The notes: generated by a model from the sequence alone, not told the origin. A DNA stretch of 64,000 nucleotides from Candidatus Eiseniibacteriota bacterium (GCA_016710095.1 JADJLL010000005.1:78354-142353); one strand, 5' to 3'; positions 1 to 10,561 are shown, numbered from the stretch's first letter. Program-made: numbers and translations.

Positions 1-691
1 CTCGAACGGGCCGGTCATGTCGGCCGAGCGCGCGGTGTTCGTGAAACCGGGATCGCGCACGCGCGCGACCTCGTGGCCTTCCGAGTCGAACACCTGCACG
101 CACAGGTTGCGCGTCGCCTCGAGCCCGCCGTACATGCGCGGATTCGTGTTGAGCCGGTCGCGCACGACCGAGTCGAGGCCGGTCGCGAGGAACGCGCGCG
201 GATTGAACCACCAGCCGCCGGCGCCGGTGACGTCGCCGGTCGGGCCGCGCAGCACGACGGCGGCGAACGGATGCTCGCGCCGGCCGGTCGGGTCGTCGCC
301 GAAGAGCAGCACCTGCGACTCGACCATGATCATGGACAGGTTGTCCATGGCATCGACGGGCACGTAGTGCGGCGCCTCGAACCGGCGCGAGCGGGTCGCC
401 AGCGCGCGCAGGATGGCACGCTTCGGGGCCGCCGTCGCGCGCCACGCCCTCGGCCGGCAGGATCGCGTCGCGCAGCTGCGTGACCAGCTCGACCTCGAAC
501 GCCTCGGTCACCTTCTCGGAGAGGTAGGCGTTGTAGCGCGCCGCCTCGGCCTCGACCTCGCGCGCCACGCGCAGCGTGAGCAGCACCGCGAACCCGGCGA
601 GCGCCAGCGCGGGCACCGCGACCGCGCCCACGAGCAGCGCGAGCTTGCGCTGGCGGGAAATGCGGAGGCGAGGAAACGAGAAGAAGGGCAT
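1..691 (-). CDS. Partial membrane sensor protein: N-terminal TM helix plus extracytoplasmic domain, probably the N-terminus of a sensor kinase. C-terminus lies off the window. Apparent frameshift near 421-432
   Basis: Reverse-strand ATG at 689-691 gives MPFFSFPRLRISRQRKLALLVGAVAVPALALAGFAVLL (TM helix), followed by a soluble domain. Below about position 423 the protein-like reading (KRAILRALATRSRRFEAPHYVPVDAMDNLSMIMVESQVLLFGDDPTG...) continues in the adjacent frame. The switch falls in a ggcggcccc run. Not listed in the ORF track because it runs off the window edge. Confidence 0.4.
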   Translation of the reverse strand, partial: MPFFSFPRLRISRQRKLALLVGAVAVPALALAGFAVLLTLRVAREVEAEAARYNAYLSEKVTEAFEVELVTQLRDAILPAEGVARDGGPEACHPARAGDPLAPVRGAALRARRCHGQPVHDHGRVAGAALRRRPDRPARASVRRRRAARPDRRRHRRRRLVVQSARVPRDRPRLGRARPAQHESAHVRRARGDAQPVRAGVRLGRPRGRARARSRFHEHRALGRHDRPVR

Positions 692-816
692 GGCGCGGGG
701 AAGTTACCGGATTGGTCCGCCACGGGGCACGGCACGCGAGGGTCGGCGAAGAAGCGATGGGCCGGCCCCGCCGAAGCGAAGACCGGCCCGAATCGCGGCG
801 AACCCCGGGGTGACGA

Positions 817-1485
817 TCAGTCGTGCACCCGGGCCGCCACCTGGGCGCCCGTCATGTCGTGAATGCGCTGCACCGTCGCACGGTCGGTGGACGTGATGAC
901 GATCTGGGCGCCGCGCTGCACGTTGACCACTTCGCGCACGAGCTTGCCGCTCGCCATCGCGCCGCGGAGCGGCTTGCAGTGCGAGCAGAGCTTGCCGGCG
1001 CGCTGGCCCGCGAGCACCGCCATCAGCGTGGCGTTGTGACGCGCGACCGACGCCTGCAGGGCGCGGACGCCTTCCGGACCGTCCGCCGTGTACACGAGCA
1101 TCGCGCCGTTCTTGAGCGCGACGACCTGGCGGTGCGCACCCGCCGCGTTCACGTCTTCGTCGCACGAGGCGCCCTCGGCGCACACCGCGCACTCCATGGC
1201 CGCGGAGGCCGACGTGCCGTGCATGCCGCAAGCGCCGGCGGAAGCGCCGGAAGCGCTGCAGGCGGCCTTCATCTCGGGCGTGCAGGAGGCCTGCATCTCC
1301 GGCGTGCACTTGCCGGCGGCTCCCTTGGTGTTGGCGGCCGATGCGTTCGCACCACCCGCACAGCACGACGCGCCGGCGGCGGAAGCGGAAGCATTGGCCG
1401 ACTTGCCGGCGCCACAGGCGAAGGCAATGGCAGCGCACGCGAGCGAAGCGGCGAGAACAAGAGCAACAAGGCGCAGCTGCTTCAT
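817..1485 (-). CDS. Secreted cysteine-rich protein, possible metal-binding, with short CTPEM tandem repeat
   Basis: Signal peptide MKQLRLVALVLAASLACAAIAFA. Low-complexity Ala/Ser/Gly/Cys region with CTPEMQAS and CTPEMKAA repeats. Cys pairs CAVC and CSHC. Structured C-terminal part. Confidence 0.55.
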   Translation of the reverse strand: MKQLRLVALVLAASLACAAIAFACGAGKSANASASAAGASCCAGGANASAANTKGAAGKCTPEMQASCTPEMKAACSASGASAGACGMHGTSASAAMECAVCAEGASCDEDVNAAGAHRQVVALKNGAMLVYTADGPEGVRALQASVARHNATLMAVLAGQRAGKLCSHCKPLRGAMASGKLVREVVNVQRGAQIVITSTDRATVQRIHDMTGAQVAARVHD

Positions 1486-1699
1486 GACCGACCTCCCGGA
1501 AAGGTGATGCGGAACGATCCCCGTTCCGCCGGCTACGAAGAAAGCGTGTAAAAACGTGCGAGGGAGCGTGTCATTCGGTGTTGTGGCCCGTGTCAGTGAA
1601 GTGCAAAAGGTCCCCGTTCATCGGGACACGTGCGCTCGCGGAGTCCTTCGTTGACGCCCTCGGGCGCGCTGCCTAGTGTGCGCGCACCCCACTCCCACC

Positions 1700-2932
1700 A
1701 TGCCCAAACGACGCTCCGCAGCAGCCACTGGCCGCACGCCGCTCATTCTCGGCGGGCTCGCGATTCTCGCCCTGCTCGTGTTCGCAGGGGGCGAGCTGTT
1801 CGCGTTCCTGTCTTCGGACCTCGGACGCGTGCTCCTTTACCGCCATCTGCACCTGGGAGACCGGGCGCACGTGGTGCGTTTGATCGGCAAGCGCGTGCAC
1901 GAGGGGCTCCGGGACGCGGGAGTGGCCCCGTCCGAGACGAAGGAAGCGCCCGGAAGCGGCACCGCCGCGTTGCGCTGGACTGTTCTCCTGTCGCGCAGTG
2001 GCTCACCCATGAAGGCGAACGCGGCCATCACGCGCGAGATCGAGCGCGGTGGCGCCGTCGTGCTCTCGGGACGCGAACGGGTGCTCGATCGCGACGGACT
2101 CGCCGTGACGCTCGTGGTCGGCCTGCCCGGCTTCCCGACGCACGAGGTCGTGATCGAACGCGCCGGGCTGCCCGCGAAGGAATCCGACGGGCCGCGCGGC
2201 AAGGGCAAGAAGGACGACGACGCCGAGGAGCCGGTCGAGGCGGAAGTGCCCGCGATCGCGCTCGTGCTGTTCGGCTTCGGGGACGACGAAGCCGTGGACC
2301 GCGCGATCCTCGATCGCGAACAGCCCTTCGCCGTGGCGCTCTCCGCCGCGGAGGCGCGGCACGAGAAGCTGCTGCGCGTCGCGAAGGGCGGCCGGCACGA
2401 GATCGTGCTGCTCGTGCCGATGGAGCCGGAGCGCTACCCGACCACGAACCCCGGCCCGGGCACGCTGCTCGTGAGCATGAGCGGAGCCAAGATCGAGAAC
2501 ATGACTCGCGGCTACCTGCGCGAGACCGGCGGCGCGATCGCGGTCGCCAACTTCATGGGCTCGATGGCCACGCAGGACGAGCCGTTCGTGCGCGCGCTGT
2601 ATCGCGCGCTGAAGAAGGAAGGCGTCGGCTTCCTGCACCTGTCGCCCGCGCCGCGCTCGGTCTGCCGCGCGATGGCGGCGAGCGAGGGCGTCGCCTACGA
2701 CGTGCCCGACTTCTCGCTCGACGCCGAGACGAAGGCCGGGCGCGGGAAGGCGCTGGCCGCGGCGTGGGACGCGGTCCTGGAGCGCGCGACGAACCACGGC
2801 GACGCGCTCGTGATGATGCGCGCGACCCCGGCGGCGCTCGCGTTCCTCGACGCGCAGCTCACGAAGAAGGACGGCCCCGGCTTCCGGCTCGTGGCGCCTT
2901 CCACGGTGCTGCACCGCGCCCCTTCGAACTGA
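1700..2932 (+). CDS. Divergent polysaccharide deacetylase family protein (YibQ-like), N-terminal TM
   Basis: TM helix LILGGLAILALLVFAGG followed by a roughly 300 aa domain of YibQ/DUF610 type. Start taken at MPKRR; an alternative ATG lies at 1676. Confidence 0.6.
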   Translation: MPKRRSAAATGRTPLILGGLAILALLVFAGGELFAFLSSDLGRVLLYRHLHLGDRAHVVRLIGKRVHEGLRDAGVAPSETKEAPGSGTAALRWTVLLSRSGSPMKANAAITREIERGGAVVLSGRERVLDRDGLAVTLVVGLPGFPTHEVVIERAGLPAKESDGPRGKGKKDDDAEEPVEAEVPAIALVLFGFGDDEAVDRAILDREQPFAVALSAAEARHEKLLRVAKGGRHEIVLLVPMEPERYPTTNPGPGTLLVSMSGAKIENMTRGYLRETGGAIAVANFMGSMATQDEPFVRALYRALKKEGVGFLHLSPAPRSVCRAMAASEGVAYDVPDFSLDAETKAGRGKALAAAWDAVLERATNHGDALVMMRATPAALAFLDAQLTKKDGPGFRLVAPSTVLHRAPSN

Positions 2933-2985
2933 CCGCGCTTCCGGCGTGCCGGACGGCGGCCCCGACGTGCTATCTTCCGCGCCGC

Positions 2986-5001
2986 ATGTTCGACGGACAG
3001 GATGTCCCCATGGACTTCGCCACCGCCTCCGCCACGGAATGGTTGCTCTCCGACGGCCTCGGCGGTTATGCGGCGGGTACACGCAGCGGCGCGCCCACAC
3101 GGCGCTCGCACGTGCTGCTCGCGGCGGCCGCTCCGCACGGTGAGCGCACCGCGCTCGTGCAGCGCTTCGAAGAGAAGCTGCTGCTCGACGGCGTGACGCA
3201 CGAACTGTCGTCCGTGTACGCGCCCGGCCGCGCGCCGCGCGAAGGTGCGTACGCCCAGCTCGAGCGCTTCGACGCCGCGCCGTGGCCGCGCTGGCGCTGG
3301 CGCTTCGACGGCGGCGTGGTGATCGAGAAATCGCTGCGGCTCGTGGACGGCCACAACGCGCTGCTCGTGTCGTGGCGCCTCGCCGACGGACCGCAGGCGC
3401 GCCTGAGCGTGGCGCCGCTGCTGACCGCGCGCGCGCCGCTGGCGCTGATGCGCGAGACCACCGAGTTCAAGGGCACCGCGGGCGGCATTCCCGGCCGCGT
3501 GCGCTTCGAGACGCTGCCCGGCCTGCCCGGCGTGACGCTGTGGCACAACGGCGCGTTCCTGCCCGCGCGCAACTGGACGCACGGCGTCGAGTTCCCGCTC
3601 GACGACGCGATCGAGTGGGGTGACGCGCGCGCGATCGGCGCGCCGCTCGACGAGTCGTTCCTGCCCGGCTGGGTGCAGTTCCATCTCGCCGCGCCCGGCG
3701 CTTCCGCGCACGTCGTGCTGTCGTCCGAGGAATCGCTGTTCCGGTCGCTGGCCGCCGAGCAGCGGCTCGGCACGCCGCCCGCGCAGTCGCTCGCGGACTG
3801 CATCGCCGCGCTCGAGCGTGGCGCGCACGACCGCCGCAGCGCCTGGCGCCGCCGCACGCTCACCGGCGCGGACCTCACCGCGCGGCAGGCGGCGATGGCG
3901 CACGGGGGCGACGGCGAACGCGCCGCGCGCCGCAGCGAGCCGCTCATCGACGAAGCCGACGCGCTCGTGCCGATGCTCACGTCGCACCTGCTCGACGCGC
4001 TCACGCGCCGGCAGGGCCGCACGACGCTCGTGTGCGGCTGGCCCGACCCGATCGAGCGCGGCGCCGACGTCCTGCGCTCGGCCACGTCGCTCGTGAGCGT
4101 GCGTGCGTTCGAGCCGGCGCGCGACATCGCGCGCGGCTATCTCGAATACCTCGACGAGGGCCTCGCGCCCGAGTCGTTCGATCCCGTCGACGGCACGCCG
4201 CGCTACGGCGATCCCGAACCGTCGCTCTGGCTCGTGCACCTGGTGGACCTGCTCGTGCGGCGCTCGACGCCCAACCCGGCGCAGGACGAGTTCGCGCGCG
4301 ACGTCGCGTGGCCCGCCCTCGAAGGCGTGCTGCAGCACCTGCGCATGGGCTCGCGCCACGGCGTGCGCTGCGATCGCGAAGGGCTGCTGTGGGCGGGCGA
4401 GGGCGAGTCCGCGCGCGCACGCGCCGGCCTCAACGCGCTCTGGTATCACGCGCTGGTCGCCATGGCGCAGCTCGGCAAGCTGCTCGGGCGGCGCGAGAAC
4501 GCCGCGTTCTACCTGGCGTGGGCGCACGACCTGCAGCGCCGCTACTGCGACACGTTCTGGGACGACGACGCCGGCTGCCTGTTCGACGCGCTGTCGCCGG
4601 CCGGTCCGGTGCGCGGCATCACGCCTTCGCAGCTCTGGGCGGTGAGCCTGCCGCCGTCCCTGCTGCCGACCCCGCTCGCGGGAAAGCTGCTCGAGACCGT
4701 GGATCGCGAGCTGTTCGACGGCTTCGGGCTGCGCGACCGCCCGGGCGACGAACCCGCGAAGCTCGAATGGCTCGGCGTCTGGTCGTCCGCCCACCTGCGT
4801 GCGCACGGCCGCGACGAGCGTTCGCGCCGCCGCGCCGCCGACCTGTTCGCGCGCCTCGAAGGGGCGGCCCGCGGCCAGTGGCTGCCTGCTCCGGGGGCGG
4901 AGCACGCGATCCGCTCGACGCTCGCGTCGGCCGAAACGCTGCGCGCCTGGCTGGAAGATCTCGACCATGCCGTAAGCGACGAGGTCGAAGCGCGCTCCTG
5001 A
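2986..5001 (+). CDS. Glycogen debranching enzyme family protein (GDE N-terminal domain plus amylo-alpha-1,6-glucosidase domain)
   Basis: This is the C-terminal 672 aa of the 1630..5001 ORF, starting MFDGQDVPMDFATASATEWLLSDGLGGYAAG. It has the (alpha/alpha)6-barrel glucosidase fold typical of bacterial GDE_N/GDE_C proteins. The upstream part of that ORF overlaps the YibQ gene in another frame and is spurious. Confidence 0.75.
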   Translation: MFDGQDVPMDFATASATEWLLSDGLGGYAAGTRSGAPTRRSHVLLAAAAPHGERTALVQRFEEKLLLDGVTHELSSVYAPGRAPREGAYAQLERFDAAPWPRWRWRFDGGVVIEKSLRLVDGHNALLVSWRLADGPQARLSVAPLLTARAPLALMRETTEFKGTAGGIPGRVRFETLPGLPGVTLWHNGAFLPARNWTHGVEFPLDDAIEWGDARAIGAPLDESFLPGWVQFHLAAPGASAHVVLSSEESLFRSLAAEQRLGTPPAQSLADCIAALERGAHDRRSAWRRRTLTGADLTARQAAMAHGGDGERAARRSEPLIDEADALVPMLTSHLLDALTRRQGRTTLVCGWPDPIERGADVLRSATSLVSVRAFEPARDIARGYLEYLDEGLAPESFDPVDGTPRYGDPEPSLWLVHLVDLLVRRSTPNPAQDEFARDVAWPALEGVLQHLRMGSRHGVRCDREGLLWAGEGESARARAGLNALWYHALVAMAQLGKLLGRRENAAFYLAWAHDLQRRYCDTFWDDDAGCLFDALSPAGPVRGITPSQLWAVSLPPSLLPTPLAGKLLETVDRELFDGFGLRDRPGDEPAKLEWLGVWSSAHLRAHGRDERSRRRAADLFARLEGAARGQWLPAPGAEHAIRSTLASAETLRAWLEDLDHAVSDEVEARS

Positions 5002-5409
5002 TCGGCGGCCCTCCCGGGCCCCTGCGGCGGCCAACGTCGTGACAGGAGTGACAGGTTGTTACCCGCGGGGAGACAGCGTGTCACGTGCCCGGGTTTCGCT
5101 GGGCCGAACACGTGCTCGTCAGGCGCATGTCATCCCGCGAAATACGAGAGCCTTGGAGCGATTCGCGCCCACTCGGCGGGGCGCCCCAAAAGAAAAATGC
5201 CAACGGCACGCGCGTTGCTGTGTATTACCACTGGATGCGCAGCCTTCACGCATGGGCGTGAAAAACGAGGGCGCGCGTCCGGGGCTCGTACCCGACGCTC
5301 GACATCGTCCGAGGCAGGCAGGCCGAGGGCGGTACACCGAGCACATCTCGCAAGACAGCACCGCCGCGGTCGCGCAAGCGCTCCCGCGGCGGAATCGTTT
5401 TCGGGCGGA

Positions 5410-8016
5410 TCAGTGCTGCGTCGTGTCCGTCACCGGCGTGGGCGCCGGCGCCGGCTTGGGCTTCCCGAACAGCCCGCGCAGCGCGCCACCGGCCGCCTTG
5501 CGGATGCTGTCGCGAGCCGCCTGCGCCTGTTCGCGAAGCGACGCCGCCTTCTTCGCGCTGTCGGCCGCGAAGCCCAACCGCTCGGCGAGCGCCTTCTGCG
5601 CCGCCGCCTTCGCGTCGGCCTCGAGCTTGGTGCGCTGCTCGGTGAGCGCGGCCGAAGCGCGACCCGCGAGGCGGTCGCGCATCGCACGCGTGTCCCACGC
5701 GATCTTCGGCGACTTGGCCGAGCCGGTCACGCGCAGGTCGAGCAGGATGCGGCCCTGGTCGTCGGCGAGCGCACCCGCGGCCACGGCCGACTTCGCCTGG
5801 ATCGCGGCCGCGACTTCCGGGGTGAGCGTCACGCTGACCGCGTAGTCGAGCGAGCCGTCGAAGCCGACCGCGCCCGCGAGCTTCCAGTCGCCGGTCGAAC
5901 CCGAGAGCTGCACGGGATCCGAGATCAGCCGGCCCTGCTCGATGCGCATCGGCAGCTGCAGCTGCTTGAACTTCACTTCGCGGAACGCCGGGATCTTCAC
6001 GAACGACGCGATCGCCTCGAGCGTCGGCCCGGGCCCGAGCTGGCCCTCGGTGAGCGCCGCGAGGCCGACGAGCGTGAGCGTCTTCTTGAGGTCGGCGGGC
6101 TGCATGCCGGCGCCCGAGAAGTTGATCTTCGTGTCGAGCGTGCCCTTGAGCAGGCCCTTCGCCGGGGACCACGCCGACAGGATGTCGTCCGCCTGCACGT
6201 GCTCGATCGTCGAAGTGAGCGCGTACACCGGGCGCGCGGTGTCGCGCAGGTCGAACTTCGCGGTGCCGCGCACCGTGCCGCCGTAACCCTGCAGCGAGTA
6301 CTCGGGCGCCTCGAGCGCGGCGGGCGCGAGGACGACGTTCGCGCGCACGGCGCGCACGTCGAGCTTGCCCTGCTTGAGACGGTCGATCGCGACCGTGCCC
6401 GTGCCCTTCGCGTTCGGCAGGAACGGCGCGCCGGGCGTGGTGGGCAGGAGATCGGCGAGGTCGAGCATCGGCGAACGGAAGTCGAACGTGACGCCCGCGG
6501 GCGGCACCGAGTCCGGCTTGGCCATGAGCGCGAGCGGGCGCGTGACCATCGCGTCGATCGTGTACGACGACTGCCCGGCCTTCGCGGTGAGGTGCTGCAC
6601 CGCGGCGCGCTGCGGCGACAGCAGCACGACGCCGTTCACCTGCTCGACGGGCTTCGGCAGGTCCTTCGATTCGGCGCGCACGTTCTTGAGTTCCGCGCGG
6701 CCGTCGAGCGCCATCGCGCCCGGGTCCTTCGCGCGGCCGCTGCCGCGCACGTCCACGAGCACGCGGCCCGAGAGCTTCGCGCCGCTCTGCGCGAGGAGCG
6801 GCCCGAGCGCGTCGAGGTCGAGATTGCCGTTCAGCGTGAAGTCCACGAGCGGATCGGCGAGCCGGCGCGCGCGAGCGGTGGCGCGCAGCGGCTGGCCCGC
6901 GACGACTGCGGAAAGCGCGGTGAGCGACACCGTGTCGGGCGCGAGCTCGACGCGCAGCGCGAGCTGTTTCACGTCGGCCGGCGCGCCGGCGTAGCGGAAC
7001 GACGCGTCCTTCACCTCGACCCAGCCGCGCAACGCGGGCAGGACCGGCGCGGCGCCGGGCGCGGGGGCCAAGCCGCGGGCGGCGACGTCGAACGCCATGC
7101 GGCCGCCGCCCGAGAGCCCCTTCACCGCCTGCGCGTCCGCGACCGCGACCCACGAAAGCACCTCGCCGAAATCGAGACCGTCGCCCTTCGCGCGCAGGTC
7201 GAAGCGCGCGTGCGGGCCCGGATCGTCCACGATGCCGGTGAGCGCGAGCTGCGTCTTGCCGAGCGAAAGTGCGAGCTGCTCGAGCGCGAGACGTTTGCTG
7301 TCCGCGTCGAACTTGCCGCGGTGGTCGATCTTCCACACGAGCTTCGCGAGTCCCTGCTGCAGGTCGGAGGCTTTCGTCGCCGTCAGCGGGCCGAACGCGA
7401 CCTCGGAGATCTCGGTGTGTCCGGCGGTCGCGACACGCTTGCCGCCCTGTTCGGCGGAAAGGCTCGTCGTCGTCATGAGCGCGAGCGCGACGCGGCGGTT
7501 GGCGCGCATGTCGTCCACGAGCACCTGGCCACCGCGGATCGCGAACTCGCGCACGTCGAGATCCATCGGCTGCTGTGCGGGCTGGTCCGCGGTGGGCGCG
7601 GCGCCGAGCGAGTCGAAGTTCGACGTGCCGTCCGCGCGCAGCAGCAGGTGCACGGCGGGCTGGTCGATCGTGAAGCGGCGCACGCGCACCTTGCGCGACA
7701 GCAGCGCCGCGACGTCGAGATCGAGATACACGGCCTGCGCGCCGAACGCGACGCCGGCGTCGAACCCGCCGGGCTCGGCGAGCTGCGGCTTGCGCACGGT
7801 GAGGCGCACCGGCGGCCAGAGGCCGAGCGACGCGCCCTCGAAGCGCACGTCACGCGCGAGCGAGCGGTGCAGCTGGTCTTCGACCAGCGCCTTCACCTTC
7901 GCGGGCGGGAAGAGAACGGTGAGGGCGATCCACGCGATCGCGACGAGCGCGATCGGGATGCCGGCGGCGAGAGCGAGTACACGGCCGGGGCCGGACTTCG
8001 AACGGGAGGGGTTCAT
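5410..8016 (-). CDS. AsmA family outer-membrane biogenesis protein
   Basis: 868 aa. N-terminal TM anchor (VLALAAGIPIALVAIAWIALTVLF), then a long beta-rich periplasmic region with AsmA/TamB-like architecture and a C-terminal charged coiled tail. Confidence 0.75.
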   Translation of the reverse strand: MNPSRSKSGPGRVLALAAGIPIALVAIAWIALTVLFPPAKVKALVEDQLHRSLARDVRFEGASLGLWPPVRLTVRKPQLAEPGGFDAGVAFGAQAVYLDLDVAALLSRKVRVRRFTIDQPAVHLLLRADGTSNFDSLGAAPTADQPAQQPMDLDVREFAIRGGQVLVDDMRANRRVALALMTTTSLSAEQGGKRVATAGHTEISEVAFGPLTATKASDLQQGLAKLVWKIDHRGKFDADSKRLALEQLALSLGKTQLALTGIVDDPGPHARFDLRAKGDGLDFGEVLSWVAVADAQAVKGLSGGGRMAFDVAARGLAPAPGAAPVLPALRGWVEVKDASFRYAGAPADVKQLALRVELAPDTVSLTALSAVVAGQPLRATARARRLADPLVDFTLNGNLDLDALGPLLAQSGAKLSGRVLVDVRGSGRAKDPGAMALDGRAELKNVRAESKDLPKPVEQVNGVVLLSPQRAAVQHLTAKAGQSSYTIDAMVTRPLALMAKPDSVPPAGVTFDFRSPMLDLADLLPTTPGAPFLPNAKGTGTVAIDRLKQGKLDVRAVRANVVLAPAALEAPEYSLQGYGGTVRGTAKFDLRDTARPVYALTSTIEHVQADDILSAWSPAKGLLKGTLDTKINFSGAGMQPADLKKTLTLVGLAALTEGQLGPGPTLEAIASFVKIPAFREVKFKQLQLPMRIEQGRLISDPVQLSGSTGDWKLAGAVGFDGSLDYAVSVTLTPEVAAAIQAKSAVAAGALADDQGRILLDLRVTGSAKSPKIAWDTRAMRDRLAGRASAALTEQRTKLEADAKAAAQKALAERLGFAADSAKKAASLREQAQAARDSIRKAAGGALRGLFGKPKPAPAPTPVTDTTQH

Positions 8017-8146
8017 GCGCGCATTCTACGCACGCGCGCACCGCCGTCGAGCGGCGGTTCTCACCGGCGCGGAGGTTTCCCACCCGGACAGGTGCGGGAG
8101 CGCCGAAGCACAGCCCACACCGCCGGGGGGAACACCCGCGAAACGA

Positions 8147-9655
8147 TCAGAACTCCTCGAAACCTTCGTCGTGCGCCTGCGCCACGGGCGCCGGAGCGGC
8201 GGGCGAAGACGAGCCGGACGACGACGCGCGGGCCGGGGCACGCTTCGCCGGCCGGGGACCGACGATCGTCGTGCGGTGTTGATGCGCCGGCGGGCCGTAC
8301 GACGACTCGGCCGGTTCGATCTTGAAGCTGCCGACCGCCTCCTGCAGGCGGTCCGACGTGTCCTTGAGCGCACGCGCCGTGGCCGAAAGCTCCTCGGCCT
8401 GCGCCGCGGACGTCTGCGTGGCCTGGTCGATGTCCTGGATCGCGACGCTCACCTGGCGCACGCCGTCGTTCTGCTGCTCGGAGACCTTCGCCACCTCGGC
8501 GATGATGTCGGACACGCGGCGCACGAACTCGAAGCCGCCGTCCACGAGCGTCACGGTCTCCTCGATCAGCTTCTTGATCTCGCGCGCCGCCTCGGCGGAA
8601 CGCTGCGACAGGCCGCGCACCTCGCTCGCGACCACGGCGAACCCGCGACCTTGTTCACCGGCGCGTGCGGCTTCGACCGCGGCATTGAGCGCCAGCAGGT
8701 TCGTCTGGAACGAGATCTCGTTGATCATCGAAATGATGTTGGCGATCTTGGACGAGCTCTCCTTGATGTCGCTCATCACCTTGATGACCGTGGTCTCGTT
8801 CGTGAGCCCCGCGGTGCCGACGGCGAGCTTGCTCGCCTGCTGCGCCTGCTCGGAGTTCTGCTGCACGGTGCGCATCAGCTCCTTGAGCGAGGCCGACGTC
8901 TCCTCGAGCGCCGCGGCCTGGCGCTGCGTCACGTTCGAGAGATGGTCCGCGGCGGAGGTGAGCTCGCCGCTCGAGCCGCCGAGCAGCCCGCCCGCGGCGA
9001 CCGTCTCCTGCAGCGCGCGGCGGACGACGTCCTTCAGCTCGCCGTAGTGGTCGGAAAGATCGTGCCCGCTGTTGTGCGTGCGCACCTGCGTGAGGTCGAG
9101 CCCGATCGTCTTCAGGTAGTCGAAGAAGAAGGCGTCGCACACGGCCTGCATGTCGTAGTTCATGACCGCGAACAGCGCGCGCTCGACGCGGGCGCGGCGG
9201 CCGGGCTGCAGCGGGTACGCGCGCGCGAGGTGCTTGCGCGTGAGGTCCAGGTACAGCGCGTAGCTGCCCACGTACCACTTCATGGGCAGGTTGATCATGT
9301 TGTGGAGCTGGCCGATGTGCAGGCGGGACTCGAAGTACGCCGGGCCGAAATCACCGCCGCGCTCCGCTTCCTCGAAGATGCTCCGGTAGTAACCGGCCTG
9401 CGCGCCCTCCAGCTTGCTGCGCAGCGTGTCGAGCCCCACCCCGAGACGCTTCGCCTGGTCCTCGAAGAACACGCGAGAGGCCCCGAAGGAAAACTGGAAG
9501 TCGTAGAACTCCTTCGCGATCGTCGGCGCGACGTTCCGCGCCCAACCCGCGACGCCCTTGAGCGCCTTGACGTCGGCATCGGTGAGCCGGATGAAGTCAC
9601 GGCGAACCTTCAGGCTCGCGTCACTGATGCTGTACTCCTGACAAAGCTTGCCCAT
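8147..9655 (-). CDS. Globin-coupled sensor: protoglobin domain fused to a methyl-accepting chemotaxis signalling domain (HemAT-like), cytoplasmic
   Basis: Start at [34 protein letters not shown] (globin-coupled sensor N-terminus). C-terminal MCP signalling domain with [33 protein letters not shown]. No TM or HAMP region. The upstream in-frame extension to 9949 is judged non-coding. Confidence 0.8.
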   Translation of the reverse strand: MGKLCQEYSISDASLKVRRDFIRLTDADVKALKGVAGWARNVAPTIAKEFYDFQFSFGASRVFFEDQAKRLGVGLDTLRSKLEGAQAGYYRSIFEEAERGGDFGPAYFESRLHIGQLHNMINLPMKWYVGSYALYLDLTRKHLARAYPLQPGRRARVERALFAVMNYDMQAVCDAFFFDYLKTIGLDLTQVRTHNSGHDLSDHYGELKDVVRRALQETVAAGGLLGGSSGELTSAADHLSNVTQRQAAALEETSASLKELMRTVQQNSEQAQQASKLAVGTAGLTNETTVIKVMSDIKESSSKIANIISMINEISFQTNLLALNAAVEAARAGEQGRGFAVVASEVRGLSQRSAEAAREIKKLIEETVTLVDGGFEFVRRVSDIIAEVAKVSEQQNDGVRQVSVAIQDIDQATQTSAAQAEELSATARALKDTSDRLQEAVGSFKIEPAESSYGPPAHQHRTTIVGPRPAKRAPARASSSGSSSPAAPAPVAQAHDEGFEEF

Positions 9656-9919
9656 ACGAACCGGCCCTTCCCGAGGGTCTTCGGTGGAGGGATGGATGGA
9701 AATCCGCGCATGGGAGGATGGATCTGGAAGTCTCGGGGCTCGCCGGAAATCCATGAGGGCGATCGCGGGTGTTTTCGAGGGAGAGCGCACTCGCAGCGGC
9801 CACGAGGAGGCGTCGCGACGAAGGCTCCGGGCGAGGCTCGATGCTTCGGTCATGCGACGCGCCCCACCGGCAGTTCGACTTGGGCACGCCGCTCGGCGCG
9901 CGCGTACTGTCCGCGCCCC

Positions 9920-10561
9920 ATGGCCCCCTCCGCCCTTCAGGAACTCCACCGGACCCGTCTGGTCGCGGTCATTCGCGCCGCGTCACCCGAGACCGCCGAA
10001 GCCGCCGCCCACGCGGTCGTGCGTGGCGGCATCCGCCTCGTCGAGGTCACGTTCACGGTGCCCGACGCGCCCTCGGTGATGCGCTCGCTCGCCGGATGTG
10101 GGGCGGTCGTGGGCGCCGGCACCGTGCTCACGGCGGCCGAAGCGCACGCCGCCCTCGACGCCGGGGCGCAGTTCCTGATCGCACCCAACCTGTCGGCCGA
10201 GGTCGCGGGCGTCGCGCGCGAATCCGGCACGATGTACTGCCCGGGCGCCTACACCACGACCGAGATCCTGGCCGCGCACGCGGCGGGCGCGCACGTGGTG
10301 AAGGTCTACCCGGTCGGCATCGCGGGCGGCCCCGACTACATCCGCGTGATCCGCGACCCGCTTCCGCGCATTCCCATGCTCGCGGCGGGCGGCACGCACC
10401 TCGGCAACATCGCCGCGTTCCTCGACGCCGGCTGCGTCGGCATCGGGCTGGGCGCATCGCTCGCCGACCCGGCGCTCGCCTCGGCGGGGCGGTTCGACGA
10501 GATCGAGTCCCGCGCGCGTGCGTTCGTCGCGGCGGTGACGGCGCGCGAGGCGCAGGCGTGA
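9920..10561 (+). CDS. eda: 2-dehydro-3-deoxyphosphogluconate / 4-hydroxy-2-oxoglutarate aldolase
   Basis: [20 protein letters not shown]...[15 protein letters not shown]...KVYPV... Classic Eda TIM-barrel motifs, 213 aa. Confidence 0.85.
   Translation: MAPSALQELHRTRLVAVIRAASPETAEAAAHAVVRGGIRLVEVTFTVPDAPSVMRSLAGCGAVVGAGTVLTAAEAHAALDAGAQFLIAPNLSAEVAGVARESGTMYCPGAYTTTEILAAHAAGAHVVKVYPVGIAGGPDYIRVIRDPLPRIPMLAAGGTHLGNIAAFLDAGCVGIGLGASLADPALASAGRFDEIESRARAFVAAVTAREAQA

Noticed and set aside
1630-5001. 1123 aa ORF spanning the YibQ gene and the glucosidase gene
   Set aside because: Only the part from ATG 2986 onward reads as protein (GDE family). The upstream 450 codons are Arg/Ala-rich junk overlapping the well-supported 1676..2932 gene in another frame.
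5056-8325. 1089 aa plus-strand ORF and 696 aa minus-strand ORF (5246..7336) overlapping AsmA
   Set aside because: Arg/Gly/Ala/Glu/Asp-dominated low-complexity translations typical of antisense or out-of-frame reading of a high-GC gene. The AsmA frame gives a coherent protein.
8017-9949. N-terminal 98-codon extension of the globin-sensor ORF (track start 9949)
   Set aside because: The extension is Arg/Pro/Ser-rich and non-globular. The globin-coupled sensor N-terminus begins at MGKLCQEY (9655), so I set the start there.
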